Part shown: piece after piece, positions 34,524-40,299 of the stretch | Layout of the letters: each line of letters opens with the position of its first letter | Position numbering within the stretch: position 1 is the stretch's first letter | Source: Aquificales bacterium | Lineage (GTDB): Bacteria > Aquificota > Aquificia > Aquificales > QOAS01 | DNA: 40,299 nt | Reading direction: 5' to 3' | NCBI GenBank assembly: GCA_027036735.1 | Contig: JALWDU010000045.1 | Span: 1-40,299 of the forward strand | Position numbers and translations under genes: made by a program | Notes under the pieces: generated by a model | Database searches by the model: none | Told to the model about the DNA's origin: nothing | What the model saw: only the letters and a program-made list of their open reading frames with translations

Positions 34524-35390
34524 TTAGTGGGAGGCATTAACGGAAATTTTGTCGACGGGAATTATGTGGAAGGCGAGCCCCGACTGTTTGGCGTCGTAAC
34601 CGAGGGCGTAGGCGAGCAGTTCGGGCAGATAAATGGAGGGAACTTTATCCTCTGTGGGAGCCATATCCTGGTAGATATCCTGCGCCTTGAAGCAGAGCGG
34701 ACAGGGAGTGACGAGCATTTCCGCCCCCGCCCTTTTTGCCCCTTGGGGGGCTTTTACCACCTTTTTGAGGGCTATATCCTTGTTGGTGTAAAAGGAGTGG
34801 TATCCGCAACAGACGTCGCTACCCTCGTAGTCCTTAACCGGTTCCGCCCCGAGGGCTTCGATTAATTCCTCCAACCCTTGGGGGTTTTCGCTGTCGACCA
34901 CCGCCACCTCTTTGGGATACTTGATATGACACCCGTAGTAGGTCGCTATCTTCCAACCCTTTAGGGGTCTCCTTACCCTCTCCCTAATGGTGTCGATACC
35001 TACCTCCTCAACGAGGTAGGGGAGAATGTGCCATATCTTTGCGGTTCCTTTATATTCGAGTCCCTCCTCGGCGAGGAGTTTGTTTATCTCCTCCCTGAGT
35101 TCGGGGTCGCTATCCAACGCGTGTTTGGTCTTTGCCAGAACCATATAGCAGGTGTTGCAGGAAACGAGCAGGTCGAGACCTTCCTTCTCGGCGAGGGCTA
35201 TATTCCTGGCATTTATCGAATAAACCAAAAAGCGGTTGCTCTCCTCTATTGTGTTTCCGCCGCAACAGGTAGTCCTCTCGAGGAGCTTTATGTCAACGCC
35301 CAAGTCGGCGAATACCTTTTTTAGGGTATCGAACATATGGGCGTCGGGACCCTGAAAACAGCACCCCTGATAGAAACCTATCGTTTTCAT
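34524..35390 (-). CDS. HdrB-like CCG-domain subunit (type E SQR anchor-like)
   Basis: YQGCC, TCCGG, SCNTC, YYGCH, CCGYH and PCPLC, giving two CCG domains. Confidence 0.92.
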   Translation of the reverse strand: MKTIGFYQGCCFQGPDAHMFDTLKKVFADLGVDIKLLERTTCCGGNTIEESNRFLVYSINARNIALAEKEGLDLLVSCNTCYMVLAKTKHALDSDPELREEINKLLAEEGLEYKGTAKIWHILPYLVEEVGIDTIRERVRRPLKGWKIATYYGCHIKYPKEVAVVDSENPQGLEELIEALGAEPVKDYEGSDVCCGYHSFYTNKDIALKKVVKAPQGAKRAGAEMLVTPCPLCFKAQDIYQDMAPTEDKVPSIYLPELLAYALGYDAKQSGLAFHIIPVDKISVNASH

Positions 35391-35504
35391 AACAAAACCC
35401 TCCTTGGGTTGGTGTTTGATGGTTCCCCTGCGGTGGAACCCCTTACCTCTTTAATACCTCCTATAGGTCTGCAAATGCAAGGGCTAACCCCATAGGGGTG
35501 GTTA

Positions 35505-35903
35505 TCAACACCTCACCTCCTGCGTAAAGGCGATTATTCCCCCCTCGAGGGAATAGGCGTTTTCAAAACCAACCCTTCGCAAAAAGGCGGTCGCCACCAG
35601 AGACCTAACCCCCGCACGGCAGGCTACGACGATTTTGTAGTCCCCGTAGGAGGCGAGCTTTTCTATGTTTTCCCTTTCGAAGAGTCGGTTCATAGGTATC
35701 CTCAAGGTGTTTTCGTAGGTAAATCCGACCAAAGATGTTTCTTCGGGAGTCCTTATGTCCACTATTAGGACCTTTTCCCCCTTCCTTATCCAGTGGAGGA
35801 GCGCCGGGGGTTTCACCCTGCAGGGTTGCTTTGCCAAATATTCGGAGGTGAAAAAGGAAAAGAAATCTTCGAGTCTTTCAACCTCTCGCCAGTCTATTTT
35901 CAT
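35505..35903 (-). CDS. Single-domain rhodanese
   Basis: VDIRTPEE, active-site loop CRAGVRS and SLEGGI. Confidence 0.9.
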   Translation of the reverse strand: MKIDWREVERLEDFFSFFTSEYLAKQPCRVKPPALLHWIRKGEKVLIVDIRTPEETSLVGFTYENTLRIPMNRLFERENIEKLASYGDYKIVVACRAGVRSLVATAFLRRVGFENAYSLEGGIIAFTQEVRC

Positions 35904-35912
35904 AACCCTACC

Positions 35913-37031
35913 CTACTTAGTTCCGAAAAATTCCGAGAGCTTTTTCCAAAAGCGGGTGAAGAAGTCTTCCCTCTGCTCCTCGAACCGCTCGGTTATCTTG
36001 GTGCATACGTCGGCGTTGAAGACCTCCTCGACCCTCTTGTCTATCCTCCTAACGTGGTGGAAGTCTATATCCAGGTGGGGTTTCTTCTCCTTCATAACCT
36101 CCAAGATGAGGTCTCTGAATTCCAACAGTCCCGGCAAGGGTTTGGGAACCTCCCAGACCTCCGCGCCGCGCTCCCTGAACTTGTTTATCAAAGGTGTGGG
36201 GTCTACGCCGTAAACCTCCTCCGGCAAAGAGAGCCTGTTTATCTGACCGGTGGCGTATATCCAATCGACGAAATGTTGGAGTTTCTTGACTCCGGGGTAG
36301 TCCTTAAAGCCGTATTCGGCGGCTATACCGCGGACGTTTTGAATGTCCTCGGCGGGTCTCACCCCTTTGGGACATACGTATATACACTTCTGACACTGGA
36401 CACAGCTCCAGATATCCCCCACATCCATGGCGTTTTTAACCATTTCCCTCTTGTGCTCTTCCTTCACGCGGCTGTCGACGACGTAGCGGTAGACCCTCGA
36501 AAAGGCGTAGGGACCCGCGTATTTGGGGTCGTCCATAACGGCTTCGCAGCTGCCATAGCAGGCGAAGCACAGAATGCAGTTTGTGGGTCTTTCGTATTGT
36601 TTGACCTCCTCAGGGGGAATTCTGTACTCCTTCTCGGGGATGGGTTCTTTGGGTTCGCACCAGGTTTGGAGCTTTTTGAGACTCTCAAAGGGTTGGTCGT
36701 GGTCTACAACCAAATCCCTTATGGGTTTTAGGAAATTTAGGGGTTCGACCGTTATAGGTTTCCCATTTGCCTTTTCGACCAATTCCTTAAAGGGGGTTTT
36801 ACAGGCGAGGCGGGAAATTCCGTTAACCTTAACGGCACAGGAACCGCAAACCGCCGCGCGGCAGAAGAACCTAAATCCCAAAGTGGGGTCTAAATTCTCC
36901 TGTATGTAAAAGAGGGCGTCGAGCAGAGTCTGTGCTTTGTCGACGGGAACCTCGTATTCCCTGTAGTAAGGTTTTTCGTCCCTTTCGGGGTTGTATCTGT
37001 AAACCCTTAAAACAGCCCTTTCAACGGTCAT
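35913..37031 (-). CDS. sdhB: Succinate dehydrogenase/fumarate reductase Fe-S subunit with C-terminal extension
   Basis: CRAAVCGSC (2Fe-2S), CILCFACYGSC and CVQCQKCIYVCP. Confidence 0.93.
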   Translation of the reverse strand: MTVERAVLRVYRYNPERDEKPYYREYEVPVDKAQTLLDALFYIQENLDPTLGFRFFCRAAVCGSCAVKVNGISRLACKTPFKELVEKANGKPITVEPLNFLKPIRDLVVDHDQPFESLKKLQTWCEPKEPIPEKEYRIPPEEVKQYERPTNCILCFACYGSCEAVMDDPKYAGPYAFSRVYRYVVDSRVKEEHKREMVKNAMDVGDIWSCVQCQKCIYVCPKGVRPAEDIQNVRGIAAEYGFKDYPGVKKLQHFVDWIYATGQINRLSLPEEVYGVDPTPLINKFRERGAEVWEVPKPLPGLLEFRDLILEVMKEKKPHLDIDFHHVRRIDKRVEEVFNADVCTKITERFEEQREDFFTRFWKKLSEFFGTK

Positions 37032-37043
37032 AACGGAGACCTC

Positions 37044-37664
37044 CTAAAGGTTTTGAGCCAAAAGCCCTTCGAGGTTTAAAACCACTCCCTCCAAAACCTC
37101 GAAGGGGTAATCCCAATTTGCCACCACCCAAGGTTGGTTATCCTTCGTTGCAACCAACACCTTTTTTGGGTCGGTTTGAACCCATATCACCCTTTCAACG
37201 CCGGCTTTTAACAAATCCTCGGTTTTGGCATTTATGTAGGATTGCCCAAAGCGTTTTTCGAAATCTTCCAAATCCACCTTTGTGTCGACCTCTATGACAA
37301 CCTTGGGTGGAATATCGATGTAGCCCTTCGGAAGGGGTTTTTTTATGTCCTCTTTCCTCCAAATGGCTATGTCGAGGTTATACCACCCACCTTGAGGTAG
37401 TTTGAAGCCTACTTCGTTTGTGGCTACAAAGTAATCCCTACCCAGATGTTGCCAGAGGTAGGCGGCGATTAATTGAACCAAAACCCCTTGCAAAAACCCG
37501 CTACCCATAACGGCCTCCAAAGGGAGTTCGCCGCTCAAGACCCTTTTGTAGTCTCTGTAATAGATAGGTCTCTTTCCCCTCCTCTCGTAGGTGAGGAGTT
37601 TTAAAAGTTTCCTCCTTTCGGTGTTATTCCTTTCGGTCTTCCCTTTAAGTTTTGCCGTTTTCAT
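37044..37664 (-). CDS. Uma2-family PD-(D/E)xK endonuclease
   Basis: TNEVG, LDIAIW, PPKVVIEVD and GVERVIWV. Confidence 0.85.
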   Translation of the reverse strand: MKTAKLKGKTERNNTERRKLLKLLTYERRGKRPIYYRDYKRVLSGELPLEAVMGSGFLQGVLVQLIAAYLWQHLGRDYFVATNEVGFKLPQGGWYNLDIAIWRKEDIKKPLPKGYIDIPPKVVIEVDTKVDLEDFEKRFGQSYINAKTEDLLKAGVERVIWVQTDPKKVLVATKDNQPWVVANWDYPFEVLEGVVLNLEGLLAQNL

Positions 37665-37697
37665 ACACTCCCTCCGGAGGCTTTAGGAAAAGAAATA

Positions 37698-37710
37698 CCC
37701 CCTTAGGGGG
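37698..37710 (-). terminator. Hairpin after the flavoprotein gene
   Basis: CCCCC-TAA-GGGGG followed by TATTTCTTTT on the minus strand, 5 bp after the stop. Confidence 0.5.
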
Positions 37711-37715
37711 AAAGG

Positions 37716-39422
37716 TTAATATTTCCTCTCCTGCGGTTGCCATTTGGTTATAACGACCTCCTTCCACCCGTGTTGGAGGGTTCCGTCCTCTTTTCTCCTC
37801 ACAACGGAGTGTTTGAGGTAGTTTTCGTCGTCCCTATTGGGGTAATCGAGTCTGTAGTGCGCACCGCGGGACTCTTTGCGCTCTATGGCGCAGAGGGCGG
37901 TCACCTCCGCGAGGTCGAGAAGGTTCAAAAATTCCAAGGTCTGTATTAGGTTTAGGTTGAAACGCTTCGACCTATCGGTGACGGCGAGACCGCTCTTAGC
38001 CCTCTCTTTTAGCTCCCTTATCCGCTCGAGAGCCTCAACCATCGGCTTCTCTTCGCGGAATATACCCACCTTCGAAGCCATTACATCGCCCATCTCCCTG
38101 CGGAGGTCGGCGAGCTTCTCTTTAGGCTCCTTGTCCATCAGGGAGCTTATAAACTCCTCTTCCCTTTTTACATATTCCCCACCTTCGGTGGGAAGGTGTT
38201 CCACACCCACAACATACTCGGCGGCGTGTTCGGCGGTTATCTTACCGAAGACGAGGATATCGAGAAGCGAGTTTCCGCCGAGTCGGTTTGCCCCGTGAAC
38301 CGATATGCAGGCGGCTTCACCGGCGGCGTAAAGCCCCTTTATTTCGGTCTGCCCGTATTTGTCGGTGTCTATTCCACCCATCGAGTAGTGGGCGGTCGGT
38401 CTAATGGGAATGGGCTCTTTTACCGGGTCAACACCTTCGTAAACCCTTGCGTGCTCCACCGTTTGGGGTAGGCGCTCCATAAGTTTCTTCTCGCCCAGGT
38501 GCCTTAGGTCTAGGCAGATGTAGTCGCCCTTCTCTCCGCAACCGCGCCCCTCGAGAATCTCCCTTTCAATCGAGCGCGCGACTATATCCCTCGGCGCGAG
38601 CTCCATCTTCTCGGGGGCGTATTTTTTCATAAAGCGTTCGCCGTCCTTGTTAATCAGATATCCGCCCTCACCCCTCGCACCTTCGGTTATTAGTATTCCG
38701 GTCTTCCTCAAGCCGGTGGGGTGGAACTGGACGAACTCCATATCCTTAAGAGGCAGACCCGCCCTCAAAACGGCAGCGGTTCCGTCCCCCGTATTCCCCA
38801 AAGCGTTGGAAGTCCTGTTCCAATACATACGGGCGTGACCGCCGGTGGCGAGGATGACCGCCTTAGCCTTGATAAAGTGGACACCCCCGTTCCTTATATC
38901 CCATGCGGTTACGCCCAAAACCCTTTCCCCGTTGTGGATTACGTTTAATAGAAACCACTCGTTGAGGAACTCCACCCCCTGCTTTAGGGTTTGGTCGTAG
39001 AGGGTGTGGAGTATCACCAGCCCTGTCCGGTCGGCGGCGTAGCATGTTCTGGGGAATGAAGCACCACCGAAGGGTCTCTGCGCTATCCTTCCGTCGGGTA
39101 ATCTCGAGAAGGGAACCCCCCTATGCTCTATGTCGTAGATTATCTCGGGTCCCATTTTGGTCATAATCTCGACCGCATCTTGGTCGGCGAGGTAGTCGGA
39201 ACCCTTTACGGTGTCGAAGGCGTGCTTTTCGGGGCTGTCCTCGGCTACGTTTGCCAGAGCGGCGTTAATTCCGCCTTCGGCGGCACCGGTATGGGAACGG
39301 ACGGGATAGACTTTCGTCATAACGCCCACTTTTAGGTTGGGATTTTGGGAAGCCCAGAGGGCGGCGTAAAGACCCGCTCCGCCCGCACCGACGATAAGAA
39401 TGTCGTATTCGAGCATTGGCAA
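37716..39422 (-). CDS. sdhA: Succinate dehydrogenase/fumarate reductase flavoprotein
   Basis: GAGGAG, RSHTGAAEGG (FAD-binding His), QFHPTG, TEGARGEGG, HYSMGG and HGANRLGGNSL. Confidence 0.96.
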   Translation of the reverse strand: MPMLEYDILIVGAGGAGLYAALWASQNPNLKVGVMTKVYPVRSHTGAAEGGINAALANVAEDSPEKHAFDTVKGSDYLADQDAVEIMTKMGPEIIYDIEHRGVPFSRLPDGRIAQRPFGGASFPRTCYAADRTGLVILHTLYDQTLKQGVEFLNEWFLLNVIHNGERVLGVTAWDIRNGGVHFIKAKAVILATGGHARMYWNRTSNALGNTGDGTAAVLRAGLPLKDMEFVQFHPTGLRKTGILITEGARGEGGYLINKDGERFMKKYAPEKMELAPRDIVARSIEREILEGRGCGEKGDYICLDLRHLGEKKLMERLPQTVEHARVYEGVDPVKEPIPIRPTAHYSMGGIDTDKYGQTEIKGLYAAGEAACISVHGANRLGGNSLLDILVFGKITAEHAAEYVVGVEHLPTEGGEYVKREEEFISSLMDKEPKEKLADLRREMGDVMASKVGIFREEKPMVEALERIRELKERAKSGLAVTDRSKRFNLNLIQTLEFLNLLDLAEVTALCAIERKESRGAHYRLDYPNRDDENYLKHSVVRRKEDGTLQHGWKEVVITKWQPQERKY

Positions 39423-39600
39423 AAAACCTCCCTTTATTGGTATGGGAAAAGCTCAAGCCCCTTAAATGTTATCAATTTTCTAACCACCCCAAAAGGGTTA
39501 TTCGGTAGTATAAGTCACCGTAAGAGGTGTAAGCAATTGTTATCCGTTTTCGGGGCAATTGATACTAAATGTCAATCCCCTTTGGTTAAGATTAAGAGTT

Positions 39601-40278
39601 ATGCTCAATAGACCCTACACGATTATCACCTCCGAGGTTACGGTCGACGGAAAACTCACCCTCTACAAGGGGGCTTCCTCCAAGGAGCTGATGACCCTTA
39701 TGGATATAGAGGCTTACAAGTATCTCCACCAGATAAGGGCTAAAGTCGACGCCATAATGGTCGGTTGCGAAACCGTTAGAACCGACAACCCCTCCTTAAC
39801 CGTTAGGTATGTCGAAGGTAAAAATCCCATAAGAATAATCCCCTGCGGGAGCGGGAATATACCGACCGACGCCAATATCTTTTCCAAAGACGCCGAAACC
39901 TGGATTTTGACCACCAACAGGATGCCGGAGGAGACCCGCAGGGCTATAGAGGAAAAGGGGCACAAAGTTTTCGTCTTCGACGGCGACAGGTTAGACTTCA
40001 AGGAACTGTGGAAGTTTCTTTACGAGAAGGGTATCAGGAGCATCCTCGTGGAAGGTGGTTCGACCGTAAACTGGCAACTGGTTAAAAACCACCTGGTGGA
40101 CGAGATAAGGCTTATACACCTCCCCGTTATAGTGGGGGGAGAGGATATTCCCACTTTGGTAGGAGGAGAGGGTTTTAAATCCCTATCGAAGTTGTTGCAT
40201 TTAAGGCTTAGGGCTCACTTCGTGAGGGGAAGGCAACTTATCACCGAATGGGAGGTGGTCAAGAGCAAGAGGGACTGA
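39601..40278 (+). CDS. Stand-alone RibD_C pyrimidine reductase (archaeal/fungal Rib7-like)
   Basis: TVDGKL, AIMVGCETVRTDNPSLTVR and ILVEGGST, with no deaminase domain. Likely start ATG 39601. Confidence 0.88.
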   Translation: MLNRPYTIITSEVTVDGKLTLYKGASSKELMTLMDIEAYKYLHQIRAKVDAIMVGCETVRTDNPSLTVRYVEGKNPIRIIPCGSGNIPTDANIFSKDAETWILTTNRMPEETRRAIEEKGHKVFVFDGDRLDFKELWKFLYEKGIRSILVEGGSTVNWQLVKNHLVDEIRLIHLPVIVGGEDIPTLVGGEGFKSLSKLLHLRLRAHFVRGRQLITEWEVVKSKRD

Positions 40279-40299
40279 TTTGGGTCTCCTTTAACCTTA

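Noticed and set aside
35793-36731. 312-aa plus-strand ORF
   Set aside because: Antisense shadow of sdhB, with no RBS or domain motifs.

Overview
A 40.3 kb chromosomal window from a thermophilic bacterium. Gene content and protein style suggest Aquificae/Aquificaceae (inference). It is densely coding and mostly housekeeping: rho (5'-truncated), serA, ppx/gppA, pilD, amt, hisS, tadA, proC, lolA, purC, murI, tRNA-Leu(TAA), grpE, rpmF, pncB, gmhA, tig, tatD, gcvPB, holB, alr, radC and a RibD_C reductase. It also holds a type-E-like succinate dehydrogenase/fumarate reductase cluster (flavoprotein, Fe-S subunit, HdrB-like CCG subunit) interrupted by a Uma2 nuclease gene and a rhodanese gene. The accessory signals worth following up are these. 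(1) A family of C(GAA)G-loop palindromes, two of which form an exact 19-bp direct repeat around a 1.3-kb island with two toxin-antitoxin pairs. (2) An orphan cas6 with no array, plus a solitary CRISPR-repeat-like unit 3.7 kb away whose flank resembles the sequence next to cas6. (3) A decayed RelBE-like module whose antitoxin half appears inverted. (4) A recurrent TTCCCTCCCC(TT) pyrimidine motif at gene ends. (5) An archaeal-type Hel308/Ski2 helicase. (6) An uncharacterised two-gene membrane module with a perfect operator-like palindrome. No true CRISPR array, transposase, integrase or rRNA was seen. All calls come from reading motifs by eye, with no database searches.
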